From NCBI GenBank assembly GCA_021155885.1, contig JAJNBB010000002.1, forward strand, positions 2,929 to 66,928: a stretch of DNA of 64,000 nt. The letters run 5' to 3'. The position numbers and the translations under genes are program-made. This document shows, piece after piece, positions 1-10,132 of the stretch (its first letter is position 1; each line of letters begins with the position of its first letter). The notes under the pieces are model-generated. The model was not told where the DNA came from, ran no database searches, and was given only the letters and a program-made list of their open reading frames with translations. The DNA comes from Fibrobacteria bacterium. Its GTDB lineage: Bacteria > Fibrobacterota > Fibrobacteria > UBA11236.

Positions 1-15
1 GATGGCCATACGTGT

Positions 16-104
16 TAGCTTACAGCGGACAGCGAACAGCTGAACACAAAAAAAGCGACCCCGTGAGAAGTCGCCTTTTTTGTTTAGCTGTTCGCTGTCC
101 GCTA
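16..104. repeat. Heptamer-unit palindrome (CAGCGNA type) with A/T-tract core; likely bidirectional terminator
   Basis: TAGCTTA CAGCGGA CAGCGAA CAGCTGA..AAAAAAAGCGAC pairs with GTCGCCTTTTTTG..AGCTG TTCGCTG TCCGCT; ends at the prx stop. Confidence 0.85.
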
Positions 105-743
105 CTTATTAGGCTGCGGCGTCATGCGGAGGTATGGCTTGATCACCTTGAATCCCTTGGGGAACCGGGTCTTCAATTCCTCGGGATCCTGGATGGCGGG
201 GGCGATCACGACGTCGTCGCCGTCCTTCCAGTTGACCGGGGTGGCGACCTTGTAGCCGTCGGTGAGCTGGAGCGAATCGATCACGCGCAGGATTTCGTGG
301 AAGTTGCGTCCCGTCGAGGCGGGATAGGTGATGATCGCGCGGATCTTTTTGTTCGGGTCGATGATGAACACCGAGCGCACGGTGAACTTGTCGTTCGACT
401 GCGGCTGGAACATCCCGTATAGCGTGGAGACCGACTTGTCCTCGTCGGCGACGATGGGGAAGTACACGTCGCAGTTCTGCGTCTCGTTGATGTCAGGGAT
501 CCACTTGGCGTGCGATTCCTCGCTGTCGACCGACAGGGCGATCACCTTCACGTTGCGCTTTTCCCACTCGGGACGCAGGCGCGCGGTCTCGCCCAGTTCG
601 GTGGTGCACACCGGGGTGAAGTCGGCGGGATGCGAGAAGAACACGGCCCAGTGCCCTTCGATGTACTTGTGGAAATGAAGCTTGCCCTGGCTGGAATGCT
701 GGTGAAAGTCGGGGGCGATATAACCGAGTTGCAGAACGGACAT
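102..743 (-). CDS. 1-Cys peroxiredoxin (Prx6 family)
   Basis: FSHPADFTPVCTTE motif, YPASTGRNF, ATPVNWK; AGGAG RBS. Confidence 0.95.
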   Translation of the reverse strand: MSVLQLGYIAPDFHQHSSQGKLHFHKYIEGHWAVFFSHPADFTPVCTTELGETARLRPEWEKRNVKVIALSVDSEESHAKWIPDINETQNCDVYFPIVADEDKSVSTLYGMFQPQSNDKFTVRSVFIIDPNKKIRAIITYPASTGRNFHEILRVIDSLQLTDGYKVATPVNWKDGDDVVIAPAIQDPEELKTRFPKGFKVIKPYLRMTPQPNK

Positions 744-982
744 GGTATCTCCTGGTTAAAAGACCGTGGAAACAACTTACTAAGTGCGGACGCGCGCTTT
801 ACAACCCGTAACAGAAAGGGTGGCCTTTTTGCCCGGATTTTCGGGCCCCCGCCGGGTTTTTCCGCGGCCGGCTGGACGGGAAAAGGGGGCCTTGTATAAT
901 CCTCGCAGGCGCTTCCGGGCCATCGCCTCCGAGGGGGGACGCCGACGCGGAAGCACGCATCCACAGGAACAAGGAGAATGCC

Positions 983-1459
983 ATGAACGAACATACCGAA
1001 GGCTGGGGCGAAGTCGACCAGTCCATCACCATCGCCCGTCCCGCCCAGGAACTCTACGACATCTGGCGCGACCTCGGGTCGCTGCCCCACATCCTTTCGC
1101 ACGTGAAACTCGTGCGCGAGGACAGTCCCACCCAGTCGCACTGGATCGTGGAGGGGCCGCTCGGCACCGACATCGCCTGGGACAGCGTCATCACCCAGGA
1201 CATCCCCGGCAAGCGCATCAGCTGGCGCTCGGTGGAGGACGCCGACGTGGACAACGCCGGTACGGTGGAGTTCAACGCGGCGCCCGGGGCGATCTATACC
1301 GAGATGCGCGTGCGCATGTCCTATCGGCCCCCGGCGGGCGCCGTGGGCAAGGCCATCGCGGCCCTGTTCGGGAAGGACCCGAACGGACAGGTCGAGGATG
1401 ATTTGCAGAAGTTCAAGGAGAACGTGGAGGCCGGAACGTTCGGCCGGCACGCCGTCTAA
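983..1459 (+). CDS. SRPBCC (cyclase/dehydrase) family protein
   Basis: SITIARPAQELYDIWRD, SHW, ISWRS pattern; AGGAG RBS. Confidence 0.88.
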   Translation: MNEHTEGWGEVDQSITIARPAQELYDIWRDLGSLPHILSHVKLVREDSPTQSHWIVEGPLGTDIAWDSVITQDIPGKRISWRSVEDADVDNAGTVEFNAAPGAIYTEMRVRMSYRPPAGAVGKAIAALFGKDPNGQVEDDLQKFKENVEAGTFGRHAV

Positions 1460-1560
1460 TCGGGCTGCGAGCATCGCCAGGCAGCGTTGGCCCTCCTCGT
1501 CGTACTTTCGGTACGACTACGTCGGTCCGCCTTGCCTGCCTCGCTCTCGCTCCGATTAGA
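1455..1560. repeat. About 106-nt imperfect palindrome between convergent genes
   Basis: TCTAATCGG..CCGATTAGA termini; central GTCGTAC-TTTCG-GTACGAC. Confidence 0.75.
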
Positions 1561-1568
1561 ATTTGATC

Positions 1569-4409
1569 CTAGGCGCCTTCGGTCGCGTCATGCGAGGAGA
1601 GGAACCCGTGCAGCTCCTCCTCGTTCATCAGCACCTCGCGCGGCTTGCTGCCGCGCTCGCGGCCCACGACCCCGGCGCGCTCCAGCTGGTCGACCAGCCG
1701 GCCCGAGCGGGCGTAGCCGAGCCCCAGGCGCCGCTGCAGCAGCGACACCGAGGCCTGCTTGAGTTGCACCACGAGTTCGGCCGCCTCGGCGAACTTGCTG
1801 TCGCGTTCCTCGTCCACGGCCTCCGCGGCGGAATCCTCGTCGACGTTGAAGCTTTTCACCTGCGGGAAGTTCACGTTCTGGCCGGCGCATTCCCCCGCGA
1901 TGTCCTCGCACTGCGCGTCGTCGATGAAGCAGCCGTGCAGGCGCACGGGCTCGGGGAACTCGATGGGCCGGTACAGCATGTCGCCGCGGCCCAGCAGCTT
2001 TTCCGCCCCCTGGCGGTCGAGAATGGTGCGCGCGTCGATCTGGCTCGCCACCTGGAACGCGATGCGCGTCGGCAGGTTGGCCTTGATGGTTCCCGTGATC
2101 ACGTTGGTGGAGGGCCGCTGCGTGGCGAGGATGAGGTGGATGCCCACGGCGCGCGCCTTCTGCGCGATGCGCGCGATGTTGGTTTCGACCTCCTTGCCGG
2201 CCACCATCATCAGGTCGGCGAGCTCGTCGATCACGATCAGGATGTAGGGCATCTCCTCCGAGACCGGCAGGCCCGAGTCGGGATCGTCGTCGGTGTAGCG
2301 CGCCTCGAAGCCGTCCCCGAACTCCTCGTTCTGCGTGTAGCGCCCGTCGGCGTTCAGGGTGCCGGCGCGCGCCTTCTCGTTGAAGCCCTTGATGTTGCGC
2401 ACGCCGCTTTTCGCCAGCTTCTCGTAGCGCTCGTCCATCTTGACCGTGGCCCACTTGAGGGCCTGCACCGCCGCCTCGGCCTGGGTGATCACGGGCCGCA
2501 GCAGGTGCGGGATGGAATCGTAGGGCTTGAGCTCGACCACCTTGGGATCGATCAGGATCATGCGCAGTTCGGCCGGCGTCTTGCTGGCCAGCAGCGAGGC
2601 CATAATGCTGTTGATGCACACCGACTTTCCGGAGCCCGTCTGCCCCGCGATCAGAAGATGCGGCGCGCGCGTCAGGTCGGCGACGTACGGTTCGCCTGAG
2701 ATGGTCTTGCCCAGGCAGACCTTCAGCGTGTCCTTTTCCATCGCGAATTCCGGAGAACCGAGGATCTCCTTGATGTACACGATCTGCGCCTTGCGGTTCG
2801 GCACCTCGACGCCCACCAGGGACTTCCCCGGAATCGGCGCGAGGATGCGGATGCTCTTGGCCCTCAGGGCCAAGGCGAGATCGTCAGACAGGCTGCTGAT
2901 GCGGTTGACCTTTTCGCCGGGGGCCAACTCGACCTCGTAGCGCGTGATCACGGGGCCGGGGTGGATGCCGGTGACCTTGCCGCGCACCTTGAAGTTATTG
3001 AGCTGCGCTTCGAGCAGCGTTTTCTGCTCGAGCAATTCCTCCTCGGTGAATTCCAGGGCCTGCACGGGGGGCGTGGGGAAGATCCGGTCGAGATCGGGGC
3101 GTTTGTATTCGTCGTATTGCACGCGGGCCAAGGCAGGGGCGCCCTCCGGGTCTTCCCCGCCCTCGTCGTCCCAGGGGGTTCCGCGCTCTTTGGTGTTGGC
3201 CAAGGTCTTCGCCTTGGAGGGCCGGGAGGAAGCCTTGCCGGCTTTCTTCGGGGGCGGAGGCGGGATCTCGTCCTCATCGGCCTCATCGAGGGAGTCGACC
3301 CGCGCTTCCTCGTCGGCCTCCTCCTCTTCGGGATCGAGCAATTCCGAAAAGCTGGCCTCGGCGGCCTCGGCGGGCGGGGCCTTCGAAGACCCGGCGGAAC
3401 CTTTCGGATTCCGGCTGAGCATGCCCCCGATTTCCGTGCTGCGGGTTTTCTCTTCCCAGTCGTTCAGCTCGGTGACGCGCTTGCGTTCCAGCGCCAGGTC
3501 GCGCAGCTTGCGGATGGTCAGCGGGTCGAGGTTCTCGAGGTCTCCGCTTTCCAGCAGGGCCTCCAGCTTCGCCTTCTCTTCCTCGGGGCTGTCGTCCTCG
3601 GTGGGGATCAGGCTCTCGTTCGAAACCTTGCCTTCAGCGCGCGACCGGCGGGGCGCTTTCGCCAGCACCGGCATCGCGGGCGAGCCCTTCCAGGGGCCTT
3701 CCTGCGCTTCCGCCGCGCCGTTGCCCGCGCCGCTGCGCCAGCCTTCGGCGAGGGAACGGCCCATCGCCCCGGCCGCGTGCGCGCCGCGCTTCAGCCAGGC
3801 CGACACGCTGATCTGGAAGCCCCACACGGTGAGGAGGAAGATCAGGAGGCTGGTGACGAGATACGGGCCCACCCGGGATTCGGTCCCGAAAACGGGGGTG
3901 AAGATTTGCTGGGCCAAAAAGTTGCCGACCCACCCGCCCGAGCGGGGGTAATCGATCCAGGTGACCTGCGGGTTCAGGTTGCGGATGCTCAGAAGCAGGC
4001 CCACGAAGAAGCCCACGGCGGCGGTGATGCTCATCTGGCGCCACAGCGACACCTTGAACAGCAGTTGAACCCCCAGCAAGACGATGGCGGCGAGGTACAG
4101 GAGCACCGGAAGGCTGCCGAAGGCGTTGTTCAGGAAATTCGCCCACGCCGAACCCACATAGGGCCCGAGCAGGTTGTGCCCCTTTTGGACGCGCTCGGAT
4201 ACGAGCGCGGTAAACGTGACGATCATCCCGGAGAGAAGAATCAGCCCGGGGATTTCCGGGTGCGCGCCCGAAGACTCTTCTTCCTCTTCCGCCGCGCGGC
4301 CGCGGCCTTTGGCAGCCGAGGAGGGGCGGGCGGATTTCTTGTCCGCCTTCGCCATCGACAGCTTCCGGGAGGGCGCCTTGGCGCCCCGCTTCGGCTTTTC
4401 CGGCTTCAA
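1569..4409 (-). CDS. ftsK: DNA translocase FtsK
   Basis: N-terminal TM helices, PHLLIAGQTGSGKS, IDELADLMM, ATQRPS, gamma domain SLLQRRLGLGYARSGR; TTG start overlaps gcvT stop (start uncertain). Confidence 0.95.
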   Translation of the reverse strand: MKPEKPKRGAKAPSRKLSMAKADKKSARPSSAAKGRGRAAEEEEESSGAHPEIPGLILLSGMIVTFTALVSERVQKGHNLLGPYVGSAWANFLNNAFGSLPVLLYLAAIVLLGVQLLFKVSLWRQMSITAAVGFFVGLLLSIRNLNPQVTWIDYPRSGGWVGNFLAQQIFTPVFGTESRVGPYLVTSLLIFLLTVWGFQISVSAWLKRGAHAAGAMGRSLAEGWRSGAGNGAAEAQEGPWKGSPAMPVLAKAPRRSRAEGKVSNESLIPTEDDSPEEEKAKLEALLESGDLENLDPLTIRKLRDLALERKRVTELNDWEEKTRSTEIGGMLSRNPKGSAGSSKAPPAEAAEASFSELLDPEEEEADEEARVDSLDEADEDEIPPPPPKKAGKASSRPSKAKTLANTKERGTPWDDEGGEDPEGAPALARVQYDEYKRPDLDRIFPTPPVQALEFTEEELLEQKTLLEAQLNNFKVRGKVTGIHPGPVITRYEVELAPGEKVNRISSLSDDLALALRAKSIRILAPIPGKSLVGVEVPNRKAQIVYIKEILGSPEFAMEKDTLKVCLGKTISGEPYVADLTRAPHLLIAGQTGSGKSVCINSIMASLLASKTPAELRMILIDPKVVELKPYDSIPHLLRPVITQAEAAVQALKWATVKMDERYEKLAKSGVRNIKGFNEKARAGTLNADGRYTQNEEFGDGFEARYTDDDPDSGLPVSEEMPYILIVIDELADLMMVAGKEVETNIARIAQKARAVGIHLILATQRPSTNVITGTIKANLPTRIAFQVASQIDARTILDRQGAEKLLGRGDMLYRPIEFPEPVRLHGCFIDDAQCEDIAGECAGQNVNFPQVKSFNVDEDSAAEAVDEERDSKFAEAAELVVQLKQASVSLLQRRLGLGYARSGRLVDQLERAGVVGRERGSKPREVLMNEEELHGFLSSHDATEGA

Positions 4410-5536
4410 GCGGTCACCGCCGCGGCGTCGGAGGGTTTGGGGCGCTTGTAAAAGGTGCGCGCCACCGCCTTCGCGGGCTTCAAGGCGCCGCGGATCGAGA
4501 CTTGCAGGTCCGTCCCGCGCTCGGCGGCCGCGGGTTCGACGAGGGCGAGGGCGATTCCCTTGCCCAGCGTGGGCGAGAGCGTTCCCGAGGTCACGACCCC
4601 GACCGGGCGGCCGTCCCGAAAGACCTCGCAGCCTTCGCGCGGGATCGCCAGGTCGGTCATTTCGATGCCCGTCATTTTCCGCGCGGGCCCGTTTTCACGG
4701 ACCTTGAGCAAGGCCGCGCGGCCCACGAAATCCGTCTTGTCCAGATCGGTGATCCACCCCAGGCCCGCCTCGAGCGGGTTGATGGAGGCGCTCAGCTCGT
4801 GCCCGTACAGCGAGTAGCCCGACTCGAGGCGCAATGTGTCGCGCGCGGCCAGGCCGATGGGCAGCACCCCGCGGGAAGCGCCGGCCTCCATCAGGGCCTT
4901 CCAGAGGAATTCCGCGTCGGCCGCCTCGGGAAAGAACTCGAAGCCGTCCTCGCCGGTGTAGCCCGTGCGGCCCACGAGAATGTCGAGGCCGGCCACCTTC
5001 AGGCGGGCGCATTTGTAGGTCTTCAGGGTGCCGTCATAACCGGGGGCGAGCGCGCGCAGGATGGCCTCGGATTCGGGACCTTGCAGCGAGAGGATGGAAA
5101 GCGATTCGCTGCGGTTTTCCAGTTCGCAGTCGAAACCGTCGCGGTGCTGGAGGAACCAGTCCCAGTCCTTCGGGATGTTCGCGGCGTTCACCACCACCAT
5201 GTAGGCGTCGGGCCCCAAGGCATAGACGAGGATGTCGTCGATCACGCCGCCATCGGGGTAGCATAGCGCGGAATAGTGCACGTCGCCGGGAGCCAGTTTG
5301 GCGACGTTGTTGGTCGTCAGGTTCTGCAGGTAGGCCAGGGCCCCGGGGCCGCGCACGAAGAAGTTGCCCATGTGCGACACGTCGAACAGGCCGGCGCGCG
5401 CGCGCACGGCGTCGTGCTCCTGCCGGATTCCGGAGTACTGGATGGGCATGGAAAAGCCCGCGAAGGGGGCCATTTTGGCACCCTGGGCGACGTGCCAGGC
5501 GTGCAGCGGGGTCTGTTTGATTTCGGAGGTGCTCAC
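4406..5536 (-). CDS. gcvT: Glycine cleavage system T protein (aminomethyltransferase)
   Basis: TPLH, FDVSHMG, RTGYTGEDGFE, ARDTLRLE; GTG start chosen at 5536. Confidence 0.95.
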   Translation of the reverse strand: MSTSEIKQTPLHAWHVAQGAKMAPFAGFSMPIQYSGIRQEHDAVRARAGLFDVSHMGNFFVRGPGALAYLQNLTTNNVAKLAPGDVHYSALCYPDGGVIDDILVYALGPDAYMVVVNAANIPKDWDWFLQHRDGFDCELENRSESLSILSLQGPESEAILRALAPGYDGTLKTYKCARLKVAGLDILVGRTGYTGEDGFEFFPEAADAEFLWKALMEAGASRGVLPIGLAARDTLRLESGYSLYGHELSASINPLEAGLGWITDLDKTDFVGRAALLKVRENGPARKMTGIEMTDLAIPREGCEVFRDGRPVGVVTSGTLSPTLGKGIALALVEPAAAERGTDLQVSIRGALKPAKAVARTFYKRPKPSDAAAVTA

Positions 5537-5593
5537 GGCCGGGAATATAGCATTGGCGGGCCCGCCGGGAACCTGCACAAGGGCGGCGGCGCG

Positions 5594-7852
5594 TCAAGGT
5601 ACCGTGATGATCTTGCCCTTATCCCCCGCCGCCACGATCGCGCTGCCCGTCCAAGCCAGGGCGCGCAGATCCAGAACGGTGGACGTATAGATCTCAACCC
5701 CCGGGGCGTCGTTCCTGGATGTGAAAAACGCTCCCCCGCTTCCTGCGTAAACCAACCGGTCGCCCGCCTGGATCACGGCATACAAGTTGGCCGTGGTTCC
5801 CGAAGGAAAATTCGTCCAGGATATCCCGTCGGAGGACGTCAGGATTTTGCCTTGCGCCCCCACCGCGACCGCCCGGCTTCCCGTCCAAGTGACCGCATAA
5901 AGAGGAACCGTCGTGCCGGAACTGCCGGGCGTCCAGGTGAGGCCATCCAGGGAGGTTACGAGAATGCCTCCATCCCCCACCGCGACGAACCGGGATCCTG
6001 TCCACGCGACGCCGTTCAAACTCCCGCCTCCGGAGGCGCGGTAGGTCCAGGCTGAGCCCTCGGAAGAAGTCCAGATGGCACCGGCCAAGTCCACGGCCAC
6101 CAGAAGACTGCCGGAATAAGCAATGCCGCTCAAGGTCGAAGGGGTGGGGAAACCTCCCCAGGAAGCCCAGGCCGCACCATCGGGAGAGGTTCCCACTGCG
6201 CCCCCCGTGCCCACCGCCACGAATTGGCTCCCTGTCCAAAGGGCAGCCTTGAAATCCTTGGTCGTACCCGAAACCCGCGCCGTCCAGGCCGTTCCATCCG
6301 AGGAAGCACGTAGGGTCCCTGCTGAACCGAAGGCGAAGAGTTGGCCTTGCTTTAGGACCAAAGCGTTCAGGTTAGGTCCCTCGATGGTGATGAACCCGGA
6401 TACCGCCGAGGGCGGTCCCTTGCCGATAGCGTTCACGGCCACGATATGGAAGCTATGAACGGATCCTTCAGCAAACCCGGTGAGGACGCAGGATAATGCT
6501 CCGGTCGTCTGGCAATGCCTGCCCGAATCCTGATCCGAAGTCGCGACGTAACCCGTGATGGCGGAGCCTCCGTCCAACGCGGGAGGACTCCAGCTCACGG
6601 TCACCTGACCGGGCGAGGCGACGGCCTTTACCTGTTGGGGCGCGCCCGGAGGCGTCGGGGTCCCCGGAGTCACGGGCTCGGAGGCGAGGGAAGCCGGACC
6701 GGCGCCCACGGCGTTCACGGCTACCACTGTGAACGTATAGGAGACTCCCGTGCTGAGTCCAGAAATCGCGCAGTTGGGAACGCCCGTGCTTGTGCATTTC
6801 CGCGTGGTGTCCTGATTCGTCGTTACGACATAGTGGGTAACGGCGGTGCCCCCATTCGATTCGGGAGCCGTCCATTGAAGGCTTACCTGCCCCGGTCCCG
6901 AGACGCCCACCGGTTTGCCCGGAGCGCTGGGACGGCGCCAGGGGCTTATGGAAGAGCTGGGGGCGGACGGCGGGCTTTTCCCGGAGGCGGACACGGCGAC
7001 GACGCGAAACGTATAAGAGGTCCCTTCCGCTAAACCGGTCACGGCGCAGGAACGCGTTCCCGATGTCTGGCAATGCTTGCTCGTATCCTGGTCCGCCGTG
7101 ACGCTATAGGCGGTCACGGAACCGCCATTAGAAACGGGAGCCGACCACGATACCGTCACCTGCCCCAAACCCGCGACAACCGTTATACCGATGGGTGCGC
7201 TGGGAGGTCCCCCGGGCTTGACCGTGGCCGAGGCTTGCGAAGCCGGCCCGGTGATGGGATTGAGCGCGTACACCACGAAGCTGTAACTCGTTCCGTTGAC
7301 CAGGTCCCCGACCGTGCAGGAAAGCGCGCCGTAGGCCACGCATTGCTTCAAAGGATCCTGAACGGAGCGCGCGATGTAGGCGAAAATGAGGTTGCCCCCG
7401 TTCGAGGCGGGAGCGCTCCACGACACGGTGACCTGGCCGTCTCCCGCCACGGCGGAGACGTTGAGGGGAGCGCTGGGGGCATAGTACACCCCCGTGGGGA
7501 CGACCGGATTCGAAGGAATAGAAGCCGGACTCGTGCCGGCGTCGTTCGTCGCCGTGACGATAAAGGTGTACGAGGCGCCGATGCCGAGTCCCGTGAGAAC
7601 GCAGGACGTCGCCTTCGAGACCGTGCAAAACCGTCCCGGGTCCTCCACCGCCCAGGCGGTGTAGGCGAGGATGGCGCTGCCCCCGTCGGATTTGGGCGCG
7701 GCCCAGGACACGGTGGCTTCGGCGTCGCCCGCCACGGCGACCACGTCGCGCGGGGCGGAGGGCGCTTCCTGCCCGCCGCCCAGCAACTCGCAGGAGAACA
7801 GGCACGCGGCGGCGGCCGCGGCGAGGATTTTCAGAATCCCGTGAACCTTCAT
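5594..7852 (-). CDS. Lipoprotein with 5 fibronectin type III repeats and C-terminal YCF48-like beta-propeller
   Basis: Lipobox ACLFSC; five PxAP..VSW..P..GG..Y..C-x7-C repeats; WTGS.FVAVG..G....S.DG..W blades. Confidence 0.88.
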   Translation of the reverse strand: MKVHGILKILAAAAAACLFSCELLGGGQEAPSAPRDVVAVAGDAEATVSWAAPKSDGGSAILAYTAWAVEDPGRFCTVSKATSCVLTGLGIGASYTFIVTATNDAGTSPASIPSNPVVPTGVYYAPSAPLNVSAVAGDGQVTVSWSAPASNGGNLIFAYIARSVQDPLKQCVAYGALSCTVGDLVNGTSYSFVVYALNPITGPASQASATVKPGGPPSAPIGITVVAGLGQVTVSWSAPVSNGGSVTAYSVTADQDTSKHCQTSGTRSCAVTGLAEGTSYTFRVVAVSASGKSPPSAPSSSISPWRRPSAPGKPVGVSGPGQVSLQWTAPESNGGTAVTHYVVTTNQDTTRKCTSTGVPNCAISGLSTGVSYTFTVVAVNAVGAGPASLASEPVTPGTPTPPGAPQQVKAVASPGQVTVSWSPPALDGGSAITGYVATSDQDSGRHCQTTGALSCVLTGFAEGSVHSFHIVAVNAIGKGPPSAVSGFITIEGPNLNALVLKQGQLFAFGSAGTLRASSDGTAWTARVSGTTKDFKAALWTGSQFVAVGTGGAVGTSPDGAAWASWGGFPTPSTLSGIAYSGSLLVAVDLAGAIWTSSEGSAWTYRASGGGSLNGVAWTGSRFVAVGDGGILVTSLDGLTWTPGSSGTTVPLYAVTWTGSRAVAVGAQGKILTSSDGISWTNFPSGTTANLYAVIQAGDRLVYAGSGGAFFTSRNDAPGVEIYTSTVLDLRALAWTGSAIVAAGDKGKIITVP

Positions 7853-7967
7853 ACAACCGAATGTACTCGCGTTTTACGGGCGAAAAGGATCGAATCCATC
7901 CCCGCCGCATAAAACCGCTCCCCGGGAAAAAAGAGCGCCTCCGGTTGAAATCTGCTACCTTTGCCCC

Positions 7968-8360
7968 ATGACTTCCCCCTCCCTTTCCGGCGCCGTATTG
8001 CTGGGCCACGGAAGCCGCGAACCGGGGGCCCAGGCCGAGATCCGGGCGCTTCAAGCGGAGCTGGCCTCGGCCTTGCCCGACTGGCGCTTCACCCACGCCT
8101 TTCTCAACCAGGAACCGACGCTCGGGGACGCCGTGAACGAACTCGTGACCGCCGGATGCTCCCGCGTCCGCGTCCTCCCCTTGCTGGTCTTCACGGGGAA
8201 GCACGTCCTCGAGGACGTGCCCCGCGAAATCGAGCGGCTCCAGGGCCTGTACCCCCACGTTCATTTCGAGCGCGCGCCGCATCTCCACAACCTGTCCGGA
8301 TTTTCAGCCCTCCTCACCGGGGCTTTGCAAGAGTCCGCTTCCCAAGGAATTTCCCGCTAA
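7968..8360 (+). CDS. CbiX/SirB-type sirohydrochlorin chelatase (short form)
   Basis: LLGHGSR and PLLVFTGKHVLEDVP motifs. Confidence 0.85.
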   Translation: MTSPSLSGAVLLGHGSREPGAQAEIRALQAELASALPDWRFTHAFLNQEPTLGDAVNELVTAGCSRVRVLPLLVFTGKHVLEDVPREIERLQGLYPHVHFERAPHLHNLSGFSALLTGALQESASQGISR

Positions 8361-10102
8361 TGGCCCACTACAAACTCAAGGCGGACAAACAAGGCGCCCC
8401 CGGCGGCAAGACCGACTTCCGCAAGGGATCGCCCGCCAAGCGGGAAGCCACGGAAAGAAAAGGATCGGCGGGGCGTGATTTCGAGGCCTCCCAAAAGCCG
8501 AGCGCGTCGAACCGGCCCCAGGGAAATCACGCGACGCGCAAGATCGCACGCTTCACGGAGCAAACGCGGCGCGGACGAGGCCCCCGCGTCGAGGCGGAGG
8601 AGCCCGCCCCGTTCCCGGTATCCAAGGGCCGCCGCGTGCGCGAATCCCCCGCCGCCCGGCAGTCGGTGCGCGAGCGCCCCGCCTACCGCGAGGCCGCTCC
8701 CGCCGGGTACGGAAAGAGCGCCAACGAGTTCGCCGCCCTGATGCGGGAAACCGCGCGCGGCATGGGCCTGTCGGACCGTCTCGATCCCGAGCCCGCCCCG
8801 CTCGCGCTGCTCGATTACAAAACCGAGCTCGACCTGAAGAACGCTTCGATCCGCGCGTGGTGGAAGCATCACGACATCCCCGACAAGCCCTCGCTGGTGA
8901 TCCCCTCGCCCCTGCCCCGCCACTACCGCACCACTTCCAAGCGCCGCCCCGTGCGCCAGGGCGACCGCTGGCGCTGGGACTTTTTCCTCGAGCGCCTCGG
9001 CGGCACGGCGAAGGCCGGCATCGACGTCCTCGAGCCCGCGTCCCACGAGGCCGTCTACAAGGCCGCCTTGGCCAAGCTGAACGAGGACGCCTACCGCGGC
9101 CTCGCGACCAGCCTCAACTTCCTGATCGTGCGCGGCGACGCGGAGCTCATGGTCATCTTCAACGTCTTCCGCCTCGGCCCCGAGGTCGTGCGCAAGGCGA
9201 AGATGCTGGGCGAGCACCTCGCGAAGACCCCCGGGGCCAAGGTGGTAGCGGCGCATATCTTCTTCGACAAGACCCGGTCCGACTACTATCTCGAGGCGCG
9301 CGTGTCGGAGGGAGCCTTCCGCCTCAAGCGCCTGTTCGGTCCCGAGTACCTTCCCATCAACGTGGAGGCGCGCCGCTTCCTTCTGCATCCCACCGGGTTC
9401 TTCCAGGTCAACGCTTCGATCCTGCCGCGCGTGATCGGCGAGGTGGGCAACGCGCTCAAGCCCGGCCCCGACGACCGCCTGCTGGACCTCTATTGCGGCT
9501 GCGGCCTGTTCACCTTGCCCATCGCCGCGGCCTGCGCCGAGGCCTTCGGCATCGAAGGTTCGCCCGTCTCGATCGAGGCCGCCAAAAAGGCTTCGACCTT
9601 CGAGACGCGGCACGCGCGCTTCGCGGCCAGCCGCATCGACGCGAAAACCCTGTCGCGCCTGCTTCCCCCTCCCGACGGGCGCCCCGAGATCCTGCTGCTC
9701 GATCCCCCGCGACAGGGCACGGCGCCCGGCGTCATCTCGCTGTTGGCCGAGCGCAAGCCCCGCCGCGTGGCCTATCTCTTCTGCGACATGAACACGCTTC
9801 CCGACGAAGTGAAGAAGTGGCGCAAGCAGGGCTATATGATCGCCAAGGCGATGCCGTTCGACATGTTCCCCGGCACCAACAACCTCGAGATGCTGGTCGT
9901 GCTGATCCCCGACAAGTACGGGATCCTGGGCCGCAAGAAGATCAAGGTCGACGCGGTGGACGAGCCCCCCAAGGGACCCGCGGCGGCGCACCGCGATCCG
10001 CCCGCGGCCGGGAAGACCGGCGGAAAAGTTCCGCGGGGCAAGAAGCAAGAGGGCGAGCGCAAGAGCCGCAAGGCGCCGGGACGCCCGCGCCGCCGGCACT
10101 GA
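8360..10102 (+). CDS. RNA (uracil-C5)-methyltransferase, RlmD/TrmA family
   Basis: FFQVN, LLDLYCGCGLF, LDPPRQG, YLFC, DMFPGT; TAATG coupling to the chelatase gene. Confidence 0.88.
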   Translation: MAHYKLKADKQGAPGGKTDFRKGSPAKREATERKGSAGRDFEASQKPSASNRPQGNHATRKIARFTEQTRRGRGPRVEAEEPAPFPVSKGRRVRESPAARQSVRERPAYREAAPAGYGKSANEFAALMRETARGMGLSDRLDPEPAPLALLDYKTELDLKNASIRAWWKHHDIPDKPSLVIPSPLPRHYRTTSKRRPVRQGDRWRWDFFLERLGGTAKAGIDVLEPASHEAVYKAALAKLNEDAYRGLATSLNFLIVRGDAELMVIFNVFRLGPEVVRKAKMLGEHLAKTPGAKVVAAHIFFDKTRSDYYLEARVSEGAFRLKRLFGPEYLPINVEARRFLLHPTGFFQVNASILPRVIGEVGNALKPGPDDRLLDLYCGCGLFTLPIAAACAEAFGIEGSPVSIEAAKKASTFETRHARFAASRIDAKTLSRLLPPPDGRPEILLLDPPRQGTAPGVISLLAERKPRRVAYLFCDMNTLPDEVKKWRKQGYMIAKAMPFDMFPGTNNLEMLVVLIPDKYGILGRKKIKVDAVDEPPKGPAAAHRDPPAAGKTGGKVPRGKKQEGERKSRKAPGRPRRRH

Positions 10103-10132
10103 GGCCTCGCGGCCTTGGGAGTCTTGGAGTCT

